64,000 nt of DNA, from contig JAWOIJ010000090.1 of assembly GCA_046484745.1 (NCBI GenBank), forward strand, positions 42,877 to 106,876, written 5' to 3'. Source of the DNA: Desulfobacterales bacterium. GTDB taxonomy: Bacteria > Desulfobacterota > Desulfobacteria > Desulfobacterales > SURF-7. Every line of letters starts with the position of its first letter. The stretch's first letter is position 1. A model generated the notes under the pieces. The model made no database searches. It saw nothing but the letters and a program-made list of their open reading frames with translations, and was not told the DNA's origin. Of the stretch, positions 45,722-57,404 are shown one piece after another. A program made the position numbers and the translations under genes.

Positions 45722-45754
45722 TAATCATCCTTTACAAGCGCAAAAGGATGATTA
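45722..45754. promoter_or_regulatory. Perfect 12-bp inverted repeat with a 9-nt spacer upstream of groES (operator or terminator)
   Basis: TAATCATCCTTT (45722-45733), N9, AAAGGATGATTA (45743-45754). It directly abuts a TATAAT hexamer at 45715-45720 and lies 92 nt upstream of the groES ATG. Confidence 0.4.
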
Positions 45755-45845
45755 CTGTTTTCGGGTATCATTTTTTTAGTTTTTGGAACAGACGGCTGTT
45801 TTGCAGTAACTTGACTAAAAAGAGTTAAAAAAGGAGAAAGTGAAT

Positions 45846-47806
<1,961 letters not shown>

Positions 47807-47873
47807 ATCCCCGATTCGGATGAAATTTTAAAGATTACAATGAAATTTCTAATTATTTCATTAAGTTGAAGAA

Positions 47874-47905
47874 AGCCTCTATGGTTGTGCATAGAGGCTT
47901 TTTTC
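47874..47905 (+). terminator. Rho-independent terminator of groESL
   Basis: AGCCTCTATG (47874-47883) pairs with CATAGAGGCT (47890-47899) around a 6-nt loop, followed by T6. Confidence 0.8.
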
Positions 47906-47934
47906 ATTGTGCTGCAGGCGGTTAACCAAATTTC

Positions 47935-47961
47935 TTGACACCGCATTCAGTCTAATATAAT
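47935..47961 (+). promoter_or_regulatory. Possible promoter upstream of the tol-pal cluster
   Basis: TTGACA (47935-47940), a 15-nt spacer (short), then TATAAT (47956-47961). It lies about 215 nt upstream of tolQ. Confidence 0.3.
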
Positions 47962-48176
47962 TTGGCACCTTGAAAAGAAAAAATACCATATATTGAAATA
48001 TTGACCAAATTCATCCATATATATTGTTATCAGCCGGTATCATGATTTTCAGAATCATGTTTCAGCTCACATTGAAAAAAGAAAGAACTCCCTTTGCAGC
48101 AATTGAAATACCTGGCAGCTGTTTTTTTTAAATGGTTTGAATCTATTTCGTTAGAACATATAACCGGAGCGTTTTT

Positions 48177-48896
48177 ATGACACCACATAAAATCAGTATT
48201 TTAGAAATGTTTTGGAATGCGAGCTTTATGGTGCAGCTTGTTTTATTGATTCTTGTATTTTTTTCAATTGCTTCATGGACCATTATTTTATTGAAATATA
48301 ATTATATCCGAAAAGCGTTTAATGAATCGTCTTATTTTGTCGATTTCTTCTGGAACAGCAGGGACCTTTCGGACGCGTTTGCAAAGGCCAAACAACTTGA
48401 TTCCAGCCCGGTGGCAACGATTTTTCGTATCGGATACATGGAACTCAAAAAACTGAACCGGTCCGGCGTGCCGATTGCATCTTCAGCCGATATTGGAAAG
48501 GGCGGAACAAGCACATTCAGAGGTATTGATAATATCAAGCGATCCCTGCGAAGAGCGATCAATACGGAAGTTACGAAACTGACCCAGATGGTTCCATTTC
48601 TTGCAACTGCCGGAAACACAACTCCGTTTATCGGCCTGTTCGGAACGGTCTGGGGAATCATGAATTCCTTTCATGGGATCGGCCAGAGTGGATCGGCAAG
48701 CCTGGCTGTTGTCGCACCCGGTATCACGGAAGCACTTATCGCTACAGCAGCCGGACTTGCAGTCGCAATCCCTTCTGTTATTGCGTATAATTATTTTTCA
48801 CAAAGAATTAGAGTCATCGAATCGGAGCTTATAAGTTTTTCAGCTGATTTTCTGAACATTGTTGAGCGGGACATTCTAAGGGCAAGGGAGGGATGA
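48177..48896 (+). CDS. tolQ: Tol-Pal system protein TolQ (MotA/TolQ/ExbB proton channel)
   Basis: 'LATAGNTTPFIGLFGTVWGIMNSF...APGITEALIATAAGLAVAIPSVIAYNYF' matches the family, and the gene sits in tol-pal context. Confidence 0.9.
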   Translation: MTPHKISILEMFWNASFMVQLVLLILVFFSIASWTIILLKYNYIRKAFNESSYFVDFFWNSRDLSDAFAKAKQLDSSPVATIFRIGYMELKKLNRSGVPIASSADIGKGGTSTFRGIDNIKRSLRRAINTEVTKLTQMVPFLATAGNTTPFIGLFGTVWGIMNSFHGIGQSGSASLAVVAPGITEALIATAAGLAVAIPSVIAYNYFSQRIRVIESELISFSADFLNIVERDILRAREG

Positions 48897-48897
48897 G

Positions 48898-49308
48898 ATG
48901 ACATCAGGAAGCGGGAACAACGGTTTACTGTCTGAAATTAACATAACGCCTTTCGTGGATGTTATGCTGGTTCTTCTGATTATCTTTATGGTAACAGCAC
49001 CGATGATGGTACAGGGAGTTAACGTTTTACTTCCGGAATCAAGTTCGGGACCCATTTCTTCAGAAGAGAACCATCTCGTGGTCAGCATCGACAAGGATGG
49101 TAACATATATATCAACGATTTGAATGTCACATCTGATTTTCTGGGTGAGAAGCTGCATAAAATACTTGAAAACCGTTCGGGGAAAGAGGTTTTTTTACGG
49201 GCCGACAAAAGGGTTTCGTATGGGGTTGTCGTTCATGTGATGTCGGAGATAAAAGGGGCAGGAGTGGAAAAACTTGGAATGCTGACTGAACCCATTGAAA
49301 AACGGTAA
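48898..49308 (+). CDS. tolR: Tol-Pal system protein TolR (ExbD/TolR)
   Basis: 'SEINITPFVDVMLVLLIIFMVTAP' followed by 'LRADKRVSYGVVVHVMSEIKGAGV' matches ExbD/TolR. Confidence 0.9.
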   Translation: MTSGSGNNGLLSEINITPFVDVMLVLLIIFMVTAPMMVQGVNVLLPESSSGPISSEENHLVVSIDKDGNIYINDLNVTSDFLGEKLHKILENRSGKEVFLRADKRVSYGVVVHVMSEIKGAGVEKLGMLTEPIEKR

Positions 49309-49329
49309 TATTGATAGGCAGGCAGGAAA

Positions 49330-50178
49330 ATGCAGGTTGAGGGGTTGCTGCTAGGAGGGAAGAAGGAGGATTATCGGATTCTGGGTAGGTTTCTTACCAT
49401 ATCCGTCACCTGCCATATTGTTTTTTTCCTGCTGCTCGTATTGACATCAGGCACGGCTTCCTATAAAAGGTTGAGTCCCGGAGTAATCAATGTTAACCTT
49501 GTCTCCCTTCCGAAACCTGCCGGAAATGCGGCCTCCGAGGGCATTGAAACGCCAGTTCCGGAAATAAAGAGAAAGGTTGAGAAAAAAGTAACCGTACCTG
49601 ATCGTTTCCCGCAAAAGACATCTAAAAAGGTTTCAACGGTCACGAAAACAAAGAAAGCGATAAGCACGAAAAAAGTCAAACAATCTCTGAAGAAAAAGAC
49701 GTTCAAACCAAAAAAAGTTGTTGATAATGCAATTGCTCAAATGAAAAAGAAAGTTGAACAGACAAGCTCCCAGCAATTACAGAAAACAATGGAAAGACTT
49801 GCAGACCAGGTAAAAAAAGGAGAGGGGATGGGAAAAGGATCGGCAGGTACAGGTTATGCTGCAGGAGTCGGCATGCAAAGCTCTGAGCTGCTTGCCATAT
49901 ATGCTGCGGAAATCTATTCCAATATTTCGAAGAACTGGGCATTTAATGAAAAGTTTGCAGATGGCCGCAAGGATCTGGTTGCACTTCTCGGGATCAGAAT
50001 CATGTCTGACGGTGAGATACGAGACGTCTGGTTTGACAGACGATCCGGAAACCGTTATTTTGATGACCAGGCTCAAAAGGCTGTTTTGAAGACAAGGTAT
50101 CTGCCTCCCTTCCCGGAGGGATTTAAGAAGCCTTTTCTTGAAATCGGTCTCAGATTTACACCCTCTGGGCTCAAATAA
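49330..50178 (+). CDS. tolA: TolA-like protein (TM anchor, Lys-rich linker, TonB-C-like domain)
   Basis: It lies between tolR and tolB. It has a single N-terminal TM segment, a K/V/T-rich linker and a C-terminal TonB_C-like fold ('...AQKAVLKTRYLPPFPEGF'). Confidence 0.65.
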   Translation: MQVEGLLLGGKKEDYRILGRFLTISVTCHIVFFLLLVLTSGTASYKRLSPGVINVNLVSLPKPAGNAASEGIETPVPEIKRKVEKKVTVPDRFPQKTSKKVSTVTKTKKAISTKKVKQSLKKKTFKPKKVVDNAIAQMKKKVEQTSSQQLQKTMERLADQVKKGEGMGKGSAGTGYAAGVGMQSSELLAIYAAEIYSNISKNWAFNEKFADGRKDLVALLGIRIMSDGEIRDVWFDRRSGNRYFDDQAQKAVLKTRYLPPFPEGFKKPFLEIGLRFTPSGLK

Positions 50179-50198
50179 GTCAATTTTTTAATATTGTT

Positions 50199-51575
50199 AT
50201 GCTATTAATCCATATACAGGCCCTTAATTTGAGTAAATCTATTCGACCCAATCAAAAACATCCGGTCTTTATCATGCTTCTGGCGGTTTTTCTCTTTTCT
50301 TTTTTCTTTCCGCCTTCTGCCGGGGCAAAATATGATTATATCGATATCACAAATCCGTTTATCAAGAAGGTCCCTATTGCGGTCCCGCTTTTTAAAGGAG
50401 TGACGGGGAACGCAGAGGAACTGAAAAAAGCGGAGGAGGCTGCAGCGCTTCTTTCCGAAACATTGGATTTTACCGGTTATTTTAAGATCATTGATCGTGG
50501 AGCCTTTCTTGCTGATCCGGCAAAAACCGGGATTTCAGAAACCCAAATCAATTTCAGGGATTGGACAACTATCGGTGCGGAGCTATTGGTTACAGGAGGA
50601 ATTTCCATAACAGGAGACCGTGTTAAAATGGAAATGCGTCTTTTTGATACCTTTAAAGCAAAGAGACTTGTCGGCAAGAATTATACAGGTGGAATTTCAG
50701 ACCAGAGAGGGATGATTCGAAGATTCTGCAACGAGGTGATTTACCTTTTGACCGGGAGTCACGGAATCTTTGACAGCAAAATTGCATTTGTATCGACCAC
50801 CACCGGGAAGAAAGAGATCTATATCAGTGATTTTGACGGATACAACCCAAGAAGAATTACACAATCAAACACCATTTCTCTTTCACCGGCCTGGTCATCC
50901 GATGGAATGTGGCTGGCATACACTTCGTATTCACGAGGGAAACCGGATCTCTTTATTAAAAATCTCAGGGAGAAACGGGGAACTGTAGTCGCAAAACCAG
51001 GTATCAATATCACACCTGCCTGGGTTCCCGGACAATTTGCTCTAGCGGCGACACTGTCTTTTTCCGGGGATCCCGAAATTTATATGTTGACCGGAACAGG
51101 GAAAATTATTAAAAGGTTGACGAGCAGATGGGGGATCGATGTCTCCCCCTCATTTTCGCCGGATGGCCAAAAGATGGTATTTGTTTCGAAAAGGTCGGGA
51201 ACTCCTCAGCTATATATTTTAGATCTTAATTCAGATCGTACGGAAAGGCTTACATATCAAGGAAAATATAACACAACTCCCAGTTGGTCTCCCAGAGGGG
51301 ACAAGATTGCATATTCCGCTCGGGATAGCGGTAATTTTAATATTTACATAATCGGAACGGACGGCGAGAATCCAACTCCGCTTACACAAAATGCAGGGGA
51401 TAATGAATCCCCAACCTGGTCACCGGATGGAAGCCTGATTGCTTTCAGCTCGACAAGGGAAGGCACCGGCCGGGTTTATGTTATGACATCATATGGAACC
51501 GAACAAAGGCGTCTGCTGTCCATGCCCGGAGAGCAGACAAATCCAAAATGGTCGCCTAATAATATTGCGAATTAA
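50199..51575 (+). CDS. tolB: Tol-Pal system beta-propeller protein TolB
   Basis: It has repeated 'SPAWSSDG / SPSFSPDG / TPSWSPRG / SPTWSPDG' propeller blades. The start is uncertain (ATG 50199 or 50274). Confidence 0.9.
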   Translation: MLLIHIQALNLSKSIRPNQKHPVFIMLLAVFLFSFFFPPSAGAKYDYIDITNPFIKKVPIAVPLFKGVTGNAEELKKAEEAAALLSETLDFTGYFKIIDRGAFLADPAKTGISETQINFRDWTTIGAELLVTGGISITGDRVKMEMRLFDTFKAKRLVGKNYTGGISDQRGMIRRFCNEVIYLLTGSHGIFDSKIAFVSTTTGKKEIYISDFDGYNPRRITQSNTISLSPAWSSDGMWLAYTSYSRGKPDLFIKNLREKRGTVVAKPGINITPAWVPGQFALAATLSFSGDPEIYMLTGTGKIIKRLTSRWGIDVSPSFSPDGQKMVFVSKRSGTPQLYILDLNSDRTERLTYQGKYNTTPSWSPRGDKIAYSARDSGNFNIYIIGTDGENPTPLTQNAGDNESPTWSPDGSLIAFSSTREGTGRVYVMTSYGTEQRRLLSMPGEQTNPKWSPNNIAN

Positions 51576-51604
51576 AACTCGATCTATTTTAAAAAGGAGG
51601 TAAT

Positions 51605-52168
51605 ATGAAGAAAAAATTGTTGAAAAGTTTGGCACTGCTTCTGGTTATTCCTGGATTATTTTTATTCTTTTCTTGCGCAGAGACCGAGGTGAAATCCACG
51701 ACACCGGATGCTCCAAAGGCCCAGATGTCCGAGGAAGCCGGAGAAATCGTTGCAGATGAAGAGGCAGCACTGGAAGCGGCACAGCGGGCAATTGAAGAGG
51801 AAGCGATTCGAAAAGAACAGGAAGCGGCAAGAGACATGTTTATCAATGAAGATGTCTATTTTGCTTATGATGATTCATCACTGTCATCAGAAGCGCAAAG
51901 CATACTCCAGAGAAAAGCTGTCTGGCTCCGCAACAATCCGGAATCCTCTGTATTAATAGAGGGACACTGTGATGAACGGGGTACAACCGAGTATAACCTG
52001 GCGCTTGGCGATCGGCGTGCAAACAGTGCGAAATCTTTTCTTGTCGATATGGGTATTGCTCCATCTCGTTTGAGAACAATCAGCTATGGTGAAGAAATGC
52101 CGGTTGATACGGGAAGCAATGAAAGCGCCTGGGCAAAGAACAGACGAGCTCATTTTACGGCAGAATAA
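51605..52168 (+). CDS. pal: Peptidoglycan-associated lipoprotein Pal (OmpA-like)
   Basis: It has the lipobox 'LFFSC' and an OmpA_C region, '[29 protein letters not shown]...[29 protein letters not shown]'. A strong AAGGAGG RBS is present. Confidence 0.9.
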   Translation: MKKKLLKSLALLLVIPGLFLFFSCAETEVKSTTPDAPKAQMSEEAGEIVADEEAALEAAQRAIEEEAIRKEQEAARDMFINEDVYFAYDDSSLSSEAQSILQRKAVWLRNNPESSVLIEGHCDERGTTEYNLALGDRRANSAKSFLVDMGIAPSRLRTISYGEEMPVDTGSNESAWAKNRRAHFTAE

Positions 52169-52200
52169 TCGTTTTTGCTTTATTTCCATCAATTCAAGAG

Positions 52201-52238
52201 CAGGCGGCAGTTATTGCTGTACCGCCTGTTCTTTTTTT
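52201..52238 (+). terminator. Intrinsic terminator between pal and cpoB
   Basis: CAGGCGG (52201-52207) pairs with CCGCCTG (52222-52228), with an additional inner CAG/CTG pairing, followed by TTCTTTTTTT. Confidence 0.6.
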
Positions 52239-52350
52239 GAATGATGGCCCCTTGCCGGAGAATCATGACGGTCCGCGATGGTTTGTTCGGTTTCCATTCA
52301 GATATCACTCTGGATAAAGAGGGTCATTAAACGTAACGGATTAAAATGCT

Positions 52351-53193
52351 ATGAAGAACAGTATGTTGACACTGATAATCTGCCTCTTTTTTCTGGGCGG
52401 GTGCGCGACTGTACAGGATAAGATCGCTCTCGAAAATCGGATCTTCGATCTGGAGCAGCACCGGATCAAGTCGAATCAGGACCTGAAAAAAATCAGGGAA
52501 AATGTTGAAAAGTTCGGAAAAAACTGGGAATCAAAAGATCAAAATTTTACAGGCCAGTATGCAAGCATGCGGGCCGAGATCAAAAAGCTCGAAGACGAGA
52601 TTCGAACATTTGATGGAAAGCTTGAAGAGCTCGAGTTTGCTATCGGGCGAATCAAAGCATCAAAAGGAGAAATTCAGGAGCCTTTGAACCGGCTTAAAGA
52701 AGAGGATCAGAAAATCGCAGATCGTCTATCTGCTGTCGAACAGTATCTTGGGTTGAGTTCCGTTCCGAAAAAGGTAGAAACACCGGTTAGAGATTCGATT
52801 CCTACGAATGAGGGCAGGATAGAGTCTGAGAAGGCACTGTACGATCAGGCAAAAAGGGATTTTGATAAAGGCGATTTTGAATCCGCTCGGAAAGGGTTTC
52901 AGAATTTTATAAAATTATATTCAAAATCCGAGAACGCAGATAATGCCCAGTTCTGGATTGGCGAAACCTATTATCGGGAAGCATGGTTTGAAAAGGCAAT
53001 TCTTGAATATGAGGAAGTAAAAAAAAGATATCCCAAGGGGAATAAAATCCCTTCCGCACTACTGAAACAGGGAATGTCATTCCAGCAGCTTAAAGAGAAA
53101 GCAAATGCCCGTCTGATTCTTGAGGAGCTGGTAAAGAAATTTCCAGGATCCAGTGAGGCCGATATCGCTGAGAAAATTCTGAAGACGCTGTAG
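52351..53193 (+). CDS. cpoB: Tol-Pal system protein CpoB/YbgF (coiled coil + TPR)
   Basis: It has a lipoprotein-like signal ('LFFLGGC'), a coiled-coil N-terminal half and C-terminal TPR repeats ('YDQAKRDFDKGDFESARKGFQNFIKLYSKSENADNAQFWIGETYY'). Confidence 0.85.
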   Translation: MKNSMLTLIICLFFLGGCATVQDKIALENRIFDLEQHRIKSNQDLKKIRENVEKFGKNWESKDQNFTGQYASMRAEIKKLEDEIRTFDGKLEELEFAIGRIKASKGEIQEPLNRLKEEDQKIADRLSAVEQYLGLSSVPKKVETPVRDSIPTNEGRIESEKALYDQAKRDFDKGDFESARKGFQNFIKLYSKSENADNAQFWIGETYYREAWFEKAILEYEEVKKRYPKGNKIPSALLKQGMSFQQLKEKANARLILEELVKKFPGSSEADIAEKILKTL

Positions 53194-53244
53194 TTATTTT
53201 TTTCAAATGCGAAATTGTTTCAGAAAATTATACAGGATTGAATC

Positions 53245-53757
53245 ATGCTTAAATGTATCGGTATAGATCCCGGGCTGGCCGATACAGGAGTCGGCGTTGT
53301 CACAGGGCTCGGATTGGATATTGACAGCTATTCATTTGGAGCGATTCAAACTTCAAAATCATTATCCCTGCCTGAACGCCTTGACATGATCTTTTCAAAG
53401 CTTCTGACTGTCTTAAAAGATGAGAAACCGGATTTGATGATTGTGGAGGATGTTTTTTCTTTAGAAAAGTACCCCAAATCCGGTATTACGCTTGGAAAGG
53501 TAACCGGAGTAATTTTGCTTGCAGGGTTTAGATCCGGTGTTCCGGTTGTTGAAATTCCGGTTCGGGAAGCAAAAAAAATACTGACCGGGAACGGCAATGC
53601 CGATAAGGAGCAGCTTGAGAAAGCCGTGCGCCATCTATTGCGTCATTCGGAAAGGATACAGCCGGATCATGCTTCAGACGCTCTGGCCCTGGCTGTAATC
53701 GGTCAATATCGATATGAGAATCATCATGCCGGACATAACCTTTCCAGATTGGCGTAA
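53245..53757 (+). CDS. ruvC: Holliday junction resolvase RuvC
   Basis: 'IGIDPGLADTGVGVV...MIVEDVF...' (catalytic Asp/Glu) and 'DHASDALALAV' match RuvC. Confidence 0.9.
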   Translation: MLKCIGIDPGLADTGVGVVTGLGLDIDSYSFGAIQTSKSLSLPERLDMIFSKLLTVLKDEKPDLMIVEDVFSLEKYPKSGITLGKVTGVILLAGFRSGVPVVEIPVREAKKILTGNGNADKEQLEKAVRHLLRHSERIQPDHASDALALAVIGQYRYENHHAGHNLSRLA

Positions 53758-53941
53758 CACAGAAACGAAGTGCGGTGTTACAAGCCGACAGGCGCAATCT
53801 TGAGCGCTGACTTGGACTTCCCAATCACTAAAATTTGTATAAACTGCATAACTGTTCGAATTTAAAAGTTGTTTTTATGAATTGCGGTGCGAGCGCCGTT
53901 ACCCGGCTTTTTACAAAACCATCAATGATATTAAGTTAATT

Positions 53942-54556
53942 ATGATTGGTTACCTGGAAGGTACACTGCTGAATAAAGATGATGATCGAATCCTGCTTCT
54001 TGTGAACCATGTCGGGTATGAAATTCTAGTACCCTCTTTTGTTATGGATACCATGAGTGGAAAGAGCCTCGGGGATTCCATTTCTCTGTATATCTATTAC
54101 CATCAGACCGAACGGCAGCCAAAGCCCATACTCATTGGATTTAATCTTGAAGCGGAAAAGGAATTTTTTCAATATTTTATTTCTGTTGAGGCGATTGGGC
54201 CCATCAAAGCGGTGAAAGCCTTGAATTTTTCAATACGCGAAATCGCAAGGGCAATTGAAACCAGGGATGTGTCCAGGCTAAAACAGTTAAAGGGAATCGG
54301 CACCCGTACGGCACAAAAAATTATCGCGACCCTGGAGGGGCGAATGGGAAAGTTTGCTTTGATTCGCGAAGATGAAAAGCCTCAATCCGTTCCGCTGGGA
54401 GATTTTACCGTCCAGGTCCAGGAAGTACTGGTCAATGAGCTGGGCCACAAGACCCTGGATGCGAAAAAAATGATCACCAAGGCAATGGAGAGGGATCCTT
54501 CTATTTCAACGCCCGAAAAGCTTTTTGAAGAAGTGTATCGAGGAGAGGTTATCTGA
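53942..54556 (+). CDS. ruvA: Holliday junction branch migration protein RuvA
   Basis: '[31 protein letters not shown]' and the HhH region '[16 protein letters not shown]' match RuvA. The start was moved to ATG 53942; the track ORF starts 60 nt earlier. Confidence 0.9.
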   Translation: MIGYLEGTLLNKDDDRILLLVNHVGYEILVPSFVMDTMSGKSLGDSISLYIYYHQTERQPKPILIGFNLEAEKEFFQYFISVEAIGPIKAVKALNFSIREIARAIETRDVSRLKQLKGIGTRTAQKIIATLEGRMGKFALIREDEKPQSVPLGDFTVQVQEVLVNELGHKTLDAKKMITKAMERDPSISTPEKLFEEVYRGEVI

Positions 54557-55581
54557 TGGAGAAGGATGTTCTGAGTTTTGCCTCTGAGAAACAGGGGATT
54601 TTATCAAAAAAATGTTTGCCGGATGACAAAGAATTGGAGATTGTTTCTCTTCGTCCGCAAACACTCGCAGAGTATATCGGCCAGTCCGAGACAGTTGAAA
54701 CCCTGGGAATCGCCATTCAGGCCGCAAAAAAAAGAGGTGAACCGCTGGATCACGTGCTTTTTCATGGTCCGCCGGGACTTGGGAAAACGACACTTTCTCA
54801 TATTATTGCAAATGAAATGGGTGGAGATCTCATGGTAACATCGGGCCCTGCCCTTGAAAAGGGCGGTGATCTGATTGGTCTGCTTACCCGTTTGTCAGAG
54901 GGGGATGTTCTTTTTGTCGATGAGATTCACAGAACACCAAAGACCGTGGAGGAGTTCCTGTATCCTGCAATGGAGGATTTTGCCGTCGACTTTGTATTTG
55001 ATAAGGGAGTCCACGCAAGAAGCCACAGATTTCGTCTTAAACACTTCACCCTTGTGGGCGCAACGACAAGAGTAGGGCTTCTCTCCGCTCCTCTGAGAGA
55101 CAGATTCGGCCTTTTTCGAAGCCTTGATTTTTATTCTGAAAAGAATCTTATAACAATCGCAAAACGTTCTGCCGCCCTTCTGAACCTGATTATGCAAGAC
55201 GAGGCCTCTACTGAGCTTGCGAAACGATCCCGGGGAACACCGCGCATTATAAACCGCCTTTTGAAACGGGTTCGTGATTATGCAGAAGTGAGGTCGGATG
55301 GAACCATCACCGCTGAAACAGTTAAAGCAGCTCTTGACCTGGAAGGTGTGGATGAGGCCGGCTTGACCAAACTGGACCGAAGTTATTTGAGGACGGTGAT
55401 AGAATATTACCAGGGAGGCCCTGTCGGAATCGAGGCGATTGCGGCTACGCTGCAGGAGGAGACCGATACGCTGGTCGATGTCATTGAACCCTTTCTGTTG
55501 AAAATCGGCATGATCATGCGTACCTCGTCCGGCAGAAAGGCCTCTGAGGCAGCATACAGGCATCTTGGCCTTTCATTATGA
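54556..55581 (+). CDS. ruvB: Holliday junction branch migration DNA helicase RuvB
   Basis: '[12 protein letters not shown]', the Walker A '[10 protein letters not shown]', 'LFVDEIHR', 'TLVGATTR' and '[11 protein letters not shown]' match RuvB. Its ATG overlaps the ruvA stop (TGATG). Confidence 0.95.
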   Translation: MEKDVLSFASEKQGILSKKCLPDDKELEIVSLRPQTLAEYIGQSETVETLGIAIQAAKKRGEPLDHVLFHGPPGLGKTTLSHIIANEMGGDLMVTSGPALEKGGDLIGLLTRLSEGDVLFVDEIHRTPKTVEEFLYPAMEDFAVDFVFDKGVHARSHRFRLKHFTLVGATTRVGLLSAPLRDRFGLFRSLDFYSEKNLITIAKRSAALLNLIMQDEASTELAKRSRGTPRIINRLLKRVRDYAEVRSDGTITAETVKAALDLEGVDEAGLTKLDRSYLRTVIEYYQGGPVGIEAIAATLQEETDTLVDVIEPFLLKIGMIMRTSSGRKASEAAYRHLGLSL

Positions 55582-55635
55582 CAGCATATGTCTTGAACCG
55601 GATATCTTTTGGCCTTAATTGCGAGCAACGGAATC

Positions 55636-56469
55636 ATGAATTCAGTAATCACGCTTACCACAGATTTCGGAATTTCGGATCCATATGTCGGAATGATGAA
55701 AGGGATCATTCTTACCGTCAACCCCGCCGCCCGCGTTATTGATCTTTCCCACAGTATCGAACCTCAAAATCTTGTTCAGGCCGGATGGGTGATCAAAACG
55801 GCTTTTACGGCTTTTCCGGCTGGAACCGTGCATGTGATCGTTGTGGATCCGGGCGTGGGAACGGATCGCCGGATCATCGCGGTGGAAGCAGGCAACTATA
55901 TTTTCCTTGCACCCGACAACGGGGTTTTAACATTTGTTATGGAGGAGATCGAAGCGGGCCGCGTCTATCATATCGATAACCGGGATTATTTTTTAAAAAA
56001 GATCAGCCGTACTTTCCATGGCCGTGATATTTTTGCACCGGTGAGTGCGCATATCTCAACCGGTATCGATATCGGTAAGATGGGAACGAAGATTCACGCG
56101 AACGACCTTGTAACGCTTGATAGAAGCAGACCCCATATAGCGGATAACGGCCGATTGACCGGATCCATTATGAATATCGATCGTTTTGGTAATTTGACCA
56201 CGGATATCAGCAAGGAACTGTTGAAGAAATCATTTCCGGAGATTTCTCCTGACAGGCTTTTCATACAGATCAAAGCAAATGAGATTAAGGGCCTGTCAGA
56301 AAGTTATCAGAATGTGGAGAAAAATTTTCCTCTTGCCATCATCGGAAGCAGCGGTTTTTTAGAAATAGCGCTGAATTGCGGAAGCGCTGCGTCTTTTTAT
56401 CAGGCCTCTGCGGGTGATATCGTAACGGTTTGCGTTTCGGTTGCCCGGTTGCATCATGCAGGCTCATGA
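55636..56469 (+). CDS. SAM hydrolase / SAM-dependent halogenase family protein (DUF62)
   Basis: 'ITLTTDFGISDPYVGMMKGIIL', 'VVDPGVGTDRR', 'APDNGVL' and 'FHGRDIFAPV' match the family. The start was set at ATG 55636; the track start at 55609 is a TTG. Confidence 0.8.
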   Translation: MNSVITLTTDFGISDPYVGMMKGIILTVNPAARVIDLSHSIEPQNLVQAGWVIKTAFTAFPAGTVHVIVVDPGVGTDRRIIAVEAGNYIFLAPDNGVLTFVMEEIEAGRVYHIDNRDYFLKKISRTFHGRDIFAPVSAHISTGIDIGKMGTKIHANDLVTLDRSRPHIADNGRLTGSIMNIDRFGNLTTDISKELLKKSFPEISPDRLFIQIKANEIKGLSESYQNVEKNFPLAIIGSSGFLEIALNCGSAASFYQASAGDIVTVCVSVARLHHAGS

Positions 56470-56526
56470 TGTTTTGGATCACGGGATTGAAGTTTTTGAA
56501 ATCCGTTTCAGGCAAAAAGGTGAAGA

Positions 56527-57384
56527 ATGGGAAGTTTGTCGCAAGATACGGAAAAAGATCGTTTGCCCAAAAGGGTAAAGACGCAGAATAAAACAAACAG
56601 AGGCTGGCAGCTTCTGTTTGTTGACGACCGGGGTAAAATCGTATCTCACGCATGGTTCAAGAGGACGGCCATCATGATTCTCGGCGCACTGCTGCTCTCC
56701 ATTGCCTGTTCCATAACATTATGCGTCTTTTTCATAAAACAACGTAATGAGAATATTGGTTTAAAAGAGGGACATGAGGCATCCGAGGTGCGCCTCAAAG
56801 CCTTGCAGCATGAAAGGGATATCCTTCTGGCCAGGCTTGTTCTGATGGAATCGAAAATCGAAGCGTCTTCTAATCGGAAGCCGGATTTGAAACCACTTGC
56901 CGTTGAAGCTGAAAAAAATGTCAGGCAGAATGATTCAGTTAAAAAAAAGAACTCCGGCAGGAAGACCGTTCCAGAGAAACCGGATAGGGTCGGAAAGGAG
57001 AATCCGACATTTGGGGTTGAGGATTTCAGCCTTTTGTATGAACCAGACCCGGCGAATGAGTTAAAAATTCAATTTGTCATGAGAAACAGAAGTCAGACGG
57101 AAAAAACGGTTGAGGGGTATATTTTTATTGCATTGAAACCGGATGGGAATGATAATCAGGAGTTGATGATAATTCCTTCTGCTGAATTTTCAGAGGGGAA
57201 ACCCGTGGAAGCGACAAAAGGAAAGTATTTTCGGATTTCCAGATATAAAACCATCCGTTTCAGGCTGAGCAGGCGAATTGCGTCTGAACGGTATAAAACA
57301 GCTACCGTGTTTGTATTTAACCGGGACGGAATCAAACAATTTGAAAAAAGTTTTCCGATCATGATTGAAAACGTTCATTCTTAA
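56527..57384 (+). CDS. Hypothetical single-pass membrane protein (cytoplasmic basic N-terminus, TM, coiled coil, beta-rich C-terminal domain)
   Basis: It has the TM segment 'AIMILGALLLSIACSITLCVFFI' and the coiled coil 'EVRLKALQHERDILLARLVLMESKIE'. There is an RBS (AAAGGTGAAGA). I do not recognise a family. Confidence 0.4.
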   Translation: MGSLSQDTEKDRLPKRVKTQNKTNRGWQLLFVDDRGKIVSHAWFKRTAIMILGALLLSIACSITLCVFFIKQRNENIGLKEGHEASEVRLKALQHERDILLARLVLMESKIEASSNRKPDLKPLAVEAEKNVRQNDSVKKKNSGRKTVPEKPDRVGKENPTFGVEDFSLLYEPDPANELKIQFVMRNRSQTEKTVEGYIFIALKPDGNDNQELMIIPSAEFSEGKPVEATKGKYFRISRYKTIRFRLSRRIASERYKTATVFVFNRDGIKQFEKSFPIMIENVHS

Positions 57385-57404
57385 TTACTATCAGGAGCCG
57401 TATC

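Noticed and set aside
45784-45805. A sigma54-like 'TGGAAC...TTTTGCA' lies upstream of groES, and a 'TGGCAC' lies at 47963-47968 upstream of tolQ.
   Set aside because: The GG-to-GC spacing is wrong at 45784 (10 or 18 nt instead of 12). At 47963 the -12 element TTGC is missing (CTTGAAAAG follows).
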